45,855 nucleotides of DNA from Octopus bimaculoides (taxonomy: Eukaryota), in assembly GCF_001194135.2 (NCBI RefSeq), contig NC_068981.1, positions 37,018,198 through 37,064,052 of the forward strand, written 5' to 3'. The first letter of the stretch is position 1. Each line of letters begins with the position of its first letter. The notes under the pieces are model-generated. The model was not told the DNA's origin. It worked only from the letters and a program-made list of their open reading frames with translations, and did not search any database. The translations under genes and the position numbers were made by a program. This document shows, piece by piece, positions 23,160-34,614 of this stretch.

Positions 23160-23597
23160 CATTCAAAAGTACCTTGGATTGTAAGGTGACCTGCTGTGCT
23201 TGAAGAGACCTATTGAGTCAAGTCCATCAATGAAAATGAAAATCGGATGGAAATTGTAGTTGTGATACCCATGCTGGTGGCACGTAAAAAGCACCATCCG
23301 AATATGGCCGATGCCAGCGCTGCCTTGACTGGCTTCCATGCCGGTGGCACGTAAAAAGCACCAACCGATTGTGGTCATTGCCAGCCCCCTCTGGCTCCTG
23401 TGCCGGTGGCACGTAAAAAAAGCACCCACTACACTCATGGAGTGGTTGGCGTTTGGAAGGGCATCCAGTTGTAGAAACATTGGCAGATCAAACTGGAGCC
23501 TGGTGCAGCCTCCTGGCTTCCCAAACCCCAGTCGAACCGTCCAACCCATGCGAGCATGGAAAACGGACGTTAAACGATGATGATGATGATGATGATG

Positions 23598-23600
<3 letters not shown>
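23160..23600 (+). mobile_element. Family E element (RTE-type tail) with three internal GGTGGCACGTAAAAAGCACC units
   Basis: Units at 23276-23295, 23343-23362, 23405-23426; ends GGAAGGGCATCCAG...CCAACCCATGCGAGCATGGAAAACGGACGTTAAAC(GAT)n. Confidence 0.85.
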
Positions 23601-23634
<34 letters not shown>

Positions 23635-23697
23635 GTCAGGTTCTTACTACTAGTTGCATGTTACTAAACACTAAAGCCAATTTGCCTACACACACAA

Positions 23698-23728
<31 letters not shown>

Positions 23729-23824
23729 CACACACACACATATATATATTTATATGAATAGCATTACTTTCTGACTCACCCATGTGTGTGTGTGTGTGTG
23801 TGAGTATGTGTGTGTGAGAGAGAG

Positions 23825-23859
<35 letters not shown>

Positions 23860-26169
23860 TTAGTTTTACTGTGAAATTATACTTGTGAAGGCCAAGTGAC
23901 CGCCATGCACAATAAGCTACACCTTCTGCAATGCACATATATTCCAAATATCAATGTACACATTGAGACTTGTAAGAGACATAGTCCCATTTTGTTATTC
24001 TAGATTATGAGTGAGTGAGTGAGTTGTCAAACTAAAAATAATAAGCAAATATTCCTCAATTCCTACCTCTGCTTAAGAAAAAGATGACATAAGATAATGT
24101 AGTCTTAAATACACTATAACTGAAAAGACATAGTCATGGCTGGAACACTTTTATTCAGTCTATTTGATCTCAGATTTGACCAGCGTGTTAAACAACAACA
24201 AATGTTCTAGATTACATTTTAGTCAAGCCGCTATTCAATAAAATATTTTATACTAATACTCAGTATGAAGAACAACATGATTGTTAAATCAATGAAATGA
24301 ACTATTACCTGCAATGTTAAGAATTAAAACTTTCCTATAAACATTATTTATTGTTCTAAGTCTTATAAAAAAAATAATAAATGAATGCTATTTTGAGATC
24401 ACAGTGAAGTAGTTAGCGATAAAAAGAGTGTTCAGCTTTTAGAATATTTGTTTCTGCAACTGCTATTTAAATAAAATATATATATATATATATATATATA
24501 TACTGGAAAGGAAAAAAGAAGCAAATAAGTATCTGAAGATTTTTTCATATCCTTTAATGATAAGAAATAAATTCATCGAATTATTTTATGATAGGGAAAT
24601 ATTTTTTAACAATAGTTAGATGGGGTTTCATCTGTTAAAATCTACTCTTATATACAAATATACTTGCTAAACAGTCTGCCTACATCAACAAATAGCTCTT
24701 TCATTCATACCTACCTAAAGGGTTGTATTAGGTTAACACATAATTATTTAGAATAAGAATTATTTGTCTATGGAAACCCTTATGTATGACTTTATTTTAT
24801 TTGTTCAGTTATATGATGACAACAGTCAAATCAACCCAAAGAAATGAAAATTGCAAACAGGACTTATAGTTAGATACAGGGGCAGAAAGAGGGTGGTGAA
24901 ATTTTGGAATATTATAATGAGATGTAATCTGAGATATAATTTATAGCAGAGTTGGGTTTGGAGAAAGAATAGTAAAAGGAAATATTGTTGAGATGTTCAT
25001 CTGATATCAGCCACAAAAATAGAGCCGAAAATATTTATGGTGTTGTGGGTCATATTTAATCATCATTATAATATGGCTGTAGGTTATAGCTGAAACATCT
25101 TCAGAGGCTGTGCAAACAAACCCTTACATAACAAATCATATTCTTAAAAACTGATTCTCTAAGAGGCAAATTCAAATGTATACCTCACCCTTCTATATTA
25201 CTTCACCATTAAGCCATTAAAATTTCTTCCTCTTTGTCACACCTATAATTGTTTCAATTCCTCTAAACTAGCTAACTCTGAACTACATCCACTGTGAACC
25301 TAACCATAATAAATTTCACCATCTCTCCCACTCTTAATGACATTCTCTGTATCCTACTTCCTAGGTCATGTCATAAACACATTTCATTATTCCATCCTTG
25401 AGAGCATCCTCCCTGCTGCTATTTTATCTTGAAATACTAATCTGCACAATTTCAAATTAAACATTAACAGCAGCAATCCCCAACAGTTATAAAAGTCTTT
25501 CAGTATTAGAGGGCATAAAAAGGCCATGAGCAATAGCCCTCCTACCTCATCTACAGATTAACAAAAATAATATCACATGAAAACATTAATATTAAAATTG
25601 TAATTATACCTTCAAATATTTTACTGTTCACATTTGATAAAACCTGCTCTATATAAATTTTGTTGCAGTGACAAATATGATTTGATAAGTCTTATAATAA
25701 ATTCTTATTGCTAAACACCACTGAATACTTTATATTCACATAATGTATTCAGAACAATTTATCTAAGTTTAATCCATCTAGCATTAGGCTGAACCTATGA
25801 TTAAGTTCTCTAAAGCAATGCAGCAAAATACAATCATGCAGTGTTATTAGTGCTTATGATAGAAAGCTGTACTTATACTATTACCAACTTATATAAACTG
25901 GCAAAAAAAGATGGTCTTGGTTATGAGAACGTTGTTAGTCATATGATATAAATTGGCAAACTTTTGGCAAGAAAATAATAAACAGAGGCATATCAATAAT
26001 GAATTTAGTTGTACAGTGAAATTAAGCTCCAATATTGTGTTTTTTTTCATTTTGGTAACTTGGAAAGAACTGAACTGACCAAAATATTTTACTATTTTTA
26101 TTTCTCACCAGGTTTTGTTTAGCTCTCCATGCCAAGTTGTTAAATGATAGTAGAAGTCGTCGTTGTCAT

Positions 26170-26375
26170 CATTGTCATCATCATTGTAGTCGTCGTTGTT
26201 ATCGCCGTCGTCATTGTCATCCTCCTCCTCCTCCTCCTCATCATCATCATCAGTTAACATCCGCTTTCCATGCTGGCATGAGCAGGACAGTTTGACAGGC
26301 AGGTTTGGTGAGCTGCAGGGCTATGTTGAATGCCAATATCCTCTTTGACGCAGTTTCTATGGCTGGATGCCTTTC
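26170..26375 (-). mobile_element. Family E tail copy
   Basis: (ATC)n-AACATCCGCTTTCCATGCTGGCATG...GTTTCTATGGCTGGATGCC. Confidence 0.8.
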
Positions 26376-29333
26376 TTATATATATATATATATATATNNN
26401 NNNNNNNNNNNNNNNNNNNNNNNNNNNNNNNNNNNNNNNNNNNNNNNNNNNNNNNNNNNNNNNNNNNNNNNNNNNNNNNNNNNNNNATATTACTCTTTAC
26501 TCTTTTTACTCTTATACTTGTTTCAGTCATTTGACTGTGGCCATGCTGGAGCACTGCCTTTAAAGGCCAATATGACTAATGTTTGATGTTCCTTAATATG
26601 TCATTCCTTCTGAAGTAGTGAATTGGCAGAATCATTAAAGTATAGCACAAAATGCCTCACAGTATTTAGTTATGAACCTTTGTCTTCTAATTTCTAATAC
26701 TGCTAGGTTTAACTTTACCTTTCATTATTCTACAATCGATAAGATAAAGTCCCAGATGAAATACCTTACAGTATTTAGTTTTATGTCTTTACTTTTTGAT
26801 TTTGAATCTTGCCAAGGCCCACTTCATCTTTTATCTTTCTGAGATTGACCAAATATAAGGTAGTTAAAAACCAGGATTCATCTTGATCACATATACTCTC
26901 CCCAATATGCGCTTCTGTAAAAAAAAACCAATATCATTTTCCTTCTAACATGTTCACAGTACAGTACCTAGTAACATTGTTCTCTTTAGAATAAATTGAA
27001 CTTTATTGTAAACTATAGCTTGATATAACTTGACTCAATATGTTATAGTGTTTATGCTATGCATTGTATTCAATAACTTGTGTATTATTTTCTAAACACT
27101 ACAATAGTGTGTTCAATTACTTGCAGACCATGACTTTGTATATCATTACAACTATGTCTAGACTGGCATAATATTTTCATGTTTCCAAATGTATTTTGCT
27201 CAACAATATTTGTTTCTTTATTCTTTTTATTTTATTTATATTTTCATGAAAAAAGTAATCTTTCTAAATGTCATGACTAAATTTATTGTGTTTTTATCTT
27301 CTAAAGATACTATAAATTTGTTATTGAAAAATCTAATCCTATGTTATTCTATATAAATATTTTCAAAAAAGGAAATGTGAGTAGTGTAATCATTCTCATT
27401 TATGAAACATTTTCTTTCACTGGCAACAAGCCTTAGATTTATTGAAGAAGAAGAATGGCAAGCTGAGGTTTGTTTTTCTTTTTCTTTTTTGTTGAAAAGC
27501 ATTAGTAATATCATTGAATTTATTTCATGGGAAATCAAAACTAAGTTGCCGATTCAATTTGTCAATGCCCCTGCCACACAATGTATATTAATGCTGCTAA
27601 CTCAACTACATCCACTTTTTAAAACTATTTGGAATTTTAAACTAAATTATGTTACTTATTCAAAATATGAATCATTCTACAAAAAAAGGCTATGTTGAAT
27701 TAGTTATTGAAGCCTTGTTAACTAAACTATATCTGTTTTCATCAATCATATACATGCTTCTTTCAAAAGAAAAATATTGACATTATTAAACATGAATATC
27801 TGAGAACAACCAGAGGCAATTGTTTTCACGGTCCCTTTCCAATATCATGTTCAGTGTTTGTCTATCTTTTGGCCCTTATTTCTAGTAATTACTTATTTCC
27901 TTTCAGTTTGTTTTCTTTCCTTTATCAAATACATTTTTGCCTTCTTTTCCAACCATTCCTTTCCATTCATTCATACATGTTCCTTCTATGAGCTCATAGT
28001 GTTTTATTTCTTTTATTTTTCTTGTGAATATTATTCTTTATTTTGTTACCAGTTACACTGATTTTCTTCAGTATTTTTTTTTCTTTATGCTTGTTCATTT
28101 TATAACTAATGAATTACTTTCTACTTTAACTCCCTTTCCCAACACTTTACTGAAATAACTTCCTCCCATGTCACTCACTCACTGTGTTTCGCTCGTATAG
28201 GAAGCCTGCTTGAGTACATAGATGGGTAGACTGATTGACTAAAGAAAGCTTTCCAAGATGGACATATGAAAGGATGTTATTTGTTTTGCTACAATGCTTT
28301 CCTGATCTTCATTTCATGCTTGCTAATCACAAACTTTGTCAGCAATTGCTCGTCAGGGAATGGTGAAATGCAGAGTTAAGAAAATAATGGCTGGCAGCAA
28401 GCAAGTATGCTTCTCTGTTTCATGCTTGTTTTGCCAACCTGACACTGATAGTTCACGCTTGTTAGTTAGAAGATGACAACTATATGATCGCATCTCAGTG
28501 GAAAAGATTATTAAGTAGCCATGTTGAAGCAGAAATATTTGTATCAGTAATAAAATTTGAAGAGAAATGTGTTTCCATATATGAGATTCCATATTATTTC
28601 AGTAAAATATTTGAAGCATTTCTAGAAAGTTCATTTTCAACAAATGGTCCACTCTTTCAAAGTTTTGTTCATGAGTCATATTTCTCCTAATCTTTTCCCC
28701 ATGAGATTTTTTTCCAGCATTTTTCTTAATCTTTCTCATATAAAACCCTCTCCATATAAAATGATTGTGCTAAATTTGAACAGTAAAATTGTAATTAAAT
28801 ATAAACATTACTTTTCTGGAATTTGTTTGACACTCAAATGTTATTTAACAGTATACAAGAAAAGCTAACGAAAATATAGAAAATAAAAAGGCTGAGATAG
28901 CTCAAGTGATTCTTTGAATGTAGCTTTCAGAGTGTTTGCATTGTTGGTTTGAGTATTATATGAATTGCTGAATAAAGATTGGAAAGTCCATTCATTTTAT
29001 AAATGTTCTTCTCCATTTACTTTTCCTTCCCCTTTCTGATTCTTCTAATTTTTCTCTTTTCCTTTCTTTTATCTATTTTTTAAACAATATTCTCTGTATA
29101 TCCTTCCTTCTAGTCCTGTTTTGTTGGAAAGAGAATAAAATGTTGGTGAGTTAGAATCTACAATCTAGATTTTAGATATCCATCTTTCTTGCTAAATTGT
29201 AAAGATCAGTGAAATCAATATTTTGGTAGAATTGGCAAGGTGTTGAACAACATGTCATGTGGCATTTAGTTATATCCCTTTATGTTCTGAATTCATATCC
29301 CTTTGAGGTCGACTTTATTTTTTATTCTTCTGG

Positions 29334-29365
<32 letters not shown>

Positions 29366-29512
29366 TTAACGTCCGCTTTCCGTGCTAGCATAGATTGGAC
29401 GATTTGACTGGGGACTAGTGAACCAGATGGTTACATCAGACTCCAATCTGATCTGGCAGAGTTTCTACAGCTGGATGCCCTTCCTAACGCCAACCACTCT
29501 GAGAGTGTATAG
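29334..29512 (-). mobile_element. Family E tail copy nested inside a family C SINE
   Basis: (ATC)n-TTTAACGTCCGCTTTCCGTGCTAGCAT...CTGGATGCCCTTCCTAACGCCAACC interrupts the 29225-29600 SINE. Confidence 0.8.
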
Positions 29513-29827
29513 TGTATCTAATAGAATAAAGTACCAGTGAAGTACTAGATGTCAATATAATTGATAAACCACTTACTCCAATTTTGTGGCCTTGTGCCTA
29601 TTTTATAGATTATCATTGTGAAGCTCAGAAAAATTTAACTTAATGGAATTTGGCATAAACAGTGAGTGTAAATTCATATTATTCTGAACAATCTAGTAAT
29701 TGACTGTAAGATTTTGAAAATACAACTTTAAATATTGAATCCTTTGATCAGACACAACATAAATTTTGTAGTGAATTATAAGTTTTATTATATTAATGAC
29801 AGATATGTTTATTCCATGTGTGAGGAT

Positions 29828-30105
29828 AGGAGTGCAAGTACGTTTATGTGGCTAAGAAATTTGCTTCTTAACCATATGGTTGTTTCATCTTCAGTCTCAC
29901 TGTGTAACAACTTGGGTGTCTTGTACTATAGCCCCGCACAAACTAAAGTCCTGTGGGTGGATTTGGTTGAAAGAATCCAAAGATGCCCATCATAAGTGTG
30001 TGTGTGTGTGTGTGCGTGTGTGTGTTAAAGGCCCCATATTTTAGCTGTATGGCCAGGGAGATAAATAGAATAACAGACTAAGAAAAAAGTACTGGAGCTG
30101 ATTTA
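29828..30105 (+). mobile_element. Family B bipartite SINE, + copy, tail truncated
   Basis: tRNA-like head, GTGGATTTGG motif, (TG)n at about 29996-30025, partial tail. Confidence 0.65.
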
Positions 30106-30106
30106 T

Positions 30107-30654
30107 TGTGGCCATGCTGGAGCACCGACTTTTAGTTGAACAAACGACCCCAGGACTTATTCCTTATAAACTTGGTACTTATTCTATTGGTCTCTTTTGC
30201 TAAACCACTAAGTTACGGGGACATAAACACACTAACATCGGTTGTCAAGCGATGGTGGCAGGGACAAGCACAGACACAAAAACACACACACATAAATATA
30301 TACATACATATATATATATATATANNNNNNNNNNNNNNNNNNNNNNNNNNNNNNNNNNNNNNNNNNNNNNNNNNNNNNNNNNNNNNNNNNNNNNNNNNNN
30401 NNNNNNNNNNNNNNNNNNNNNNNNNNNNNNNNNNNNNNNNNNNNNNNNNNNNNNNNNNNNNNNNNNNNNNNNNATATATATATATATATACGATGGGCTT
30501 CTTTCAGTTTCCATCTACCAAATCCACTCACAAGGCTTTGGTTGGCCTGAGGCTATAGTGGTAGACAATTGCCTAAGGTGTTACACAGTGGGACTGAACC
30601 CAGAACTATGTGGCTGGGAAGCAAGCTTCTTACCACACAGTCATGCCTGTGCCT
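30107..30654 (-). mobile_element. Family B bipartite SINE, best-preserved copy
   Basis: Minus: AGGCACAGGCATGACTGTGTGGTAAG...GGGTTCAGTCCC...CCTTAGGCAATTG...GAAGCCCATCG-(TA)n/gap-tail ending GGTGCTCCAGCATGGCCACA. Confidence 0.85.
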
Positions 30655-31289
30655 ATGTATATTATATACACATATATAAAGTATTATCATCATGATAAAG
30701 TAATTGTTAAATGATTATGATATTAAAGATACATGTATATATATGTATAGTTTTAAGTGCAACTGAAGAAAGGTAGTGTTGAAGCAGCATATTAAAGTTG
30801 GCTAGAAAGGTTTTGTCCTTGAATGGGTACATATATATTATAAACAGAGAATGAACAAGCAAAACATATGGCATTACTTTAGAGCATTTAATTTATAATT
30901 TAAATACAGTGCAGAGTAGTAACAATAAATAGGTAAAGTCTCTTACAGCTGTTTCTAGAATAGCTAAGCAGGTGAATCTTATATTATTGATTAAAGATTT
31001 ACATGTCAGCTAAATATTCCACCATCAGAGACAGAGAGAAATAAGGAATATCCTTAATCCAGGATATTGATAATTACTTGTTCCTCGAGGGATTAAGGAC
31101 TGTCCAAAGTAAAAGATGATATTGGGTGGTAGATCCATGAGCAAAGTATTCAAGAGATCGATTGTAAAAGAGAGTGTCAGTTAGCAGATCTATTGTTACA
31201 TACACACTCTCATATGTGTGTGTATGCAAGAGTGCCTCTATTTCTGTGTGTATGTGTATGTGTGTTGGTGTGTCCTTGTCCTAGTATCA

Positions 31290-31510
31290 CTGATAGTTGC
31301 AAAAGAGTGTCATGATCATACAAGTGGTCTTGTTCATTTCGAATCTCCTCTGGAAAAAATTCTGGGAATGAGTAAAAATATCTTGTTTGGAAACAAGAGA
31401 TGGGTTGGTGACAGGAAAGGTATTGGACAATTGAAAATATACTTCAGTGAATTCTTTCCAACCCATGCAAGCATGAAAAAAGAAAACGGACGTTGAAACA
31501 ATGATGATGT
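31290..31510 (+). mobile_element. Family E variant; related pieces at about 39350-39470 and 43790-43922
   Basis: TTGGAAACAAG...GGTTGGTGACAGGAAAG...CCAACCCATGCAAGCATG...GGACGTT...ATGATG. Confidence 0.65.
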
Positions 31511-31704
31511 TCATTTAACCTAAAACATTAAATACTCAGTGCTCCAGCATGGCCACAATCTTATAAACCAATGAATACAAGACTAAATACTGTAAGTTAA
31601 TCAGTTGCTATTTACCTGACTAGATATTGATATTTTAAAAGTAAAAGTGTGGTTGCCCTTGCATACAGGCATGTCCCTTGCAACCTTCTCCAGCTGAGCA
31701 TCAC

Positions 31705-31946
31705 TAATCTGGCTGGCTCATAAGTGTTGGTGCCACGTGAAAAGGTCCCATGTTAGTGCTGTGTAAAAGCACCCAATACACTCTGTAAGTGGTTGGTGTT
31801 AGGAAGGGCATCCAGCCATAGAAACCATGCCAAAACAGACAGGGAGCCTGAACAGCTCTTCAGCTGGTCAGCTCCTCTGAAACCATCCAACCTATGTCAG
31901 CGTGAAAAACATGATGATGATGATGGTGATGATGATAATGATGATG
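31705..31946 (+). mobile_element. Family E copy; another at about 41600-41795
   Basis: GGTGCCACGTGAAAAGG...TTAGGAAGGGCATCCAGCC...CCATCCAACCTATG...(ATG)n. Confidence 0.8.
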
Positions 31947-32890
31947 TAAAGACCAAACTTGTCAGGAGATGATGCAGAATGGAATGAATGAATCCAATAT
32001 ATTTGAGTTTCTTACTTTACCACTCTGACAAGAATGACAAACTTTAAAGAATTCTAATGTCTTGAATTCATTACTGATATAGAAATAAATACTCCATGAG
32101 CTAACAATGAGTGGGCTGTATGGGGTCAATTTGCCTGCTAGAAATAAATACCAAATCTCTTGGAAACTACATTTTGCAGTCTTAAAATAAAAAAAGGACA
32201 TTTTGAATAATGTAGTCCAGCACACATTATTCCAGAAAATAAGGCAGGATGGTCATCGCTTGGATGATTTTGATTATAGGTCTGCTCAATCAATGATGAC
32301 TTGGAACTAGAAAACAAAAATAACAACAACTGCAATAATAACTAAATACTCTATTGAATTTAGTTTGGTATTGTTCTGGCTCAGTGATTCTCACAAATGT
32401 AGAATTATTTTATACCATAATGATGCAAAATAGAAAACAATGTTCATTTTATATTAATAATTGAAATTATATTTTCTTACAGTAATGCAAAATTTGTAAT
32501 TAAAATCTGAATTAAAAATATTATTTGACAAAGAGGAATTTGCATTCACAACATTAGTCTTTTCCTTATCTTTGTATATTTTAAAATAAAAATGAATTCT
32601 TTGTTATAAAATATAATCATTTCTGATTTTGATTAATTTTCTAATCATCTTAATTGCTAAATTAATTTTATGTAAAGAAAAATTTGTCGAATTTGAAAAA
32701 TAAAAAAGAAATTATAATTTTTTTTTCAAGTTTTTATATAATAAATCAAATGTGTGTGTAAGTTCCAGGCATTATTGTCTGTAAATCCTGACAAACTTGA
32801 AATCAAAACCAAATTCCAGCAACTGAAGTATACACACACAAACACACACACACACACACACATATTTATATAAATATACATATATATATA

Positions 32891-33228
32891 GCCCAACTAA
32901 TTAGGGAGGGAGTTAGTCTAGATGAGATGCAGTTTGGTCTTATGCTAGGGAGAAACACCACTGAGGCTATATTTCTGGTAAAGCAGCTGCAGAAGAAATA
33001 TATAGCCAAAGATAAACCTCTGTATTTGACTTTTGCTGACTTGGAGAAAGCCTTTGACAGGGTCCCCCAATCCCTTATCTGGTGGTCAATGTGGAAACTA
33101 AGGATAGATGAGCCATGTACCGGGATGCCACCAGGAAGGTGAGGGTTAGCACTGAGTACAGAAAAGAATTCGGGGTGCAAGTAGAGGTTCACCAAGGATC
33201 GGTGCTCAACCTCCTCTTGTTCATCATG
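32891..33228 (+). mobile_element. RTE-clade LINE reverse transcriptase internal fragment
   Basis: EMQFG..GRNTTEAIFLVKQLQKKY..KDKPLYLTFADLEKAFDRVP..LIWWS, then a frameshift to VEVHQGSVLNLLLFIMV. Confidence 0.9.
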
Positions 33229-33534
33229 GTTTGTCTATACATGTATGAGAATATGTGTCTGCATATGTGTGTGTATATGCATATTTATGTTTATATGAAT
33301 ATGTCTATTTGTGCATATATGCATACATATGTATGTTTATTTTTATTCTTATATTTTGTGTTTGTGTAATTTATGTTGTGTATATGTGAACTGTATATGT
33401 ATGTATCACTAAATGACCCTGGCTGGATGCTATTTGTCTAGAAAATGGTGCTGGTGAGAGTGTATTTCATTTTCTGTCCTTCTTATCACCTATTAGTGAC
33501 TTTAGATAGCTCAGTTTGTTGATAGGTTTATGAA

Positions 33535-33830
33535 GGCACATGGCTCAGTGGTTAGAGCAGTAGACTAAAATGGTGCAGTGAGTCTGATTCCCAGACAGGG
33601 CTGTATGTTGTGTTCTTGAGCAAGACACTTTATTTCATGTTGCTCCTGTTCACTCAGCTGTAGAAATGAGTTGCAATGTCACTGGTGCCAAGCTGTATTG
33701 GCCTTTGTCTTCCCCTGGATAATATCGGTGGCATGGAGAGGGGAGGCTGGTATGCATGGGTGACTGCTGGTATTCCACAAACAACCTTATTACCACTCTC
33801 TTGGATGAGTGAGTCAACATATATCCTTTA
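33535..33830 (+). mobile_element. tRNA-derived CORE-type SINE (family A)
   Basis: A box TGGCTCAGTGG at 33541-33551, degenerate B box, GTTGTGTTCTTGAGCAAGACACTTTATTTC core. Confidence 0.85.
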
Positions 33831-33854
33831 AGAGCCAAATCTAAAATATTAAAT

Positions 33855-34200
33855 TTTATTTACATTATTTGTCCTCATCTTGTTTGTTGTTAACACGTTT
33901 CGGCTGATATACCCTCCAGCCTTCATCAGCTGTCTTGGGGAAATTTCGAACCTGGGTTCTCATTCCTAAGGTATTTTTCGATGTTATTATTATTATTATT
34001 ATTATCCAGGTCACTGCCTGGAATCGAACTCAGAATCTTGGAGTTAGTAGCCCACACTCTTAACCACTATGCCATATGCCTGTTGGCAATTATGGAGTGA
34101 ATTTTAGGGTTTATAAATCTAATATTCTCCTATCCTTCCTTAATACCAGTTCCCATATGCTGTTCATATCTACACTCGGTCTGCACTTAGGATCCTTCAA
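33855..34200 (-). mobile_element. Composite repeat: leader, tRNA-like head, (AAT)n, hammerhead motif
   Basis: Minus: A box TGGCATAGTGG (34064-34074), B box GAGTTCGATTCC (34020-34031), (AAT)n, then CTGATGA-A-GGCTG-loop-CAGCC-GAAAC. Confidence 0.7.
33888..33936 (-). ncRNA. Minimal hammerhead ribozyme motif (canonical core, cleavage triplet damaged)
   Basis: CUGAUGA (33923-33929), perfect 5-bp stem II GGCUG/CAGCC, GAAAC (33897-33901); GACA/UGUU partial stem I. Confidence 0.7.
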
Positions 34201-34407
34201 CAGATAGATAGATAGATAGATAGATAGACATTCTGAAATATTAAGCTATATGCTTCCTCCCTTCTTAACTCTTCTCTCCATAGAACAGCATTTCTCTCCC
34301 ACTTTCTGTTTACACACCATCCTCTTGCAACCCACCATTTTTATTGTTCTTTTTTATCATTACTCTGTAATTTTGCCATTATTTTTCTTTTGCACACTGA
34401 CTATCCT

Positions 34408-34454
<47 letters not shown>

Positions 34455-34614
34455 TTCTCAATATGCTCCTCCTTTTCTTATGAAAGACTACTGTCTGACA
34501 TGTTCAGACACTACATTCCAACTCAAATGCATTAAAATAATACCATTTCTGCTTCATTTTATGTTTATTGTTTTTACCCCTTTATTTGCACACACACACA
34601 CACACATATATACA

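Noticed and set aside
23276-23426. CRISPR-like repeat-spacer appearance
   Set aside because: Eukaryotic context, only three units, spacers are related to each other, no cas genes, and the array lies within a dispersed retro-element
28330-28760. Possible hAT/Buster-like transposase C-terminal remnant on the minus strand
   Set aside because: Similarity too weak to support by eye; multiple stops and no termini found
34009-34081. Functional tRNA gene
   Set aside because: A and B boxes are present but the acceptor stem does not pair convincingly and it is embedded in a repeat; treated as a tRNA-derived head
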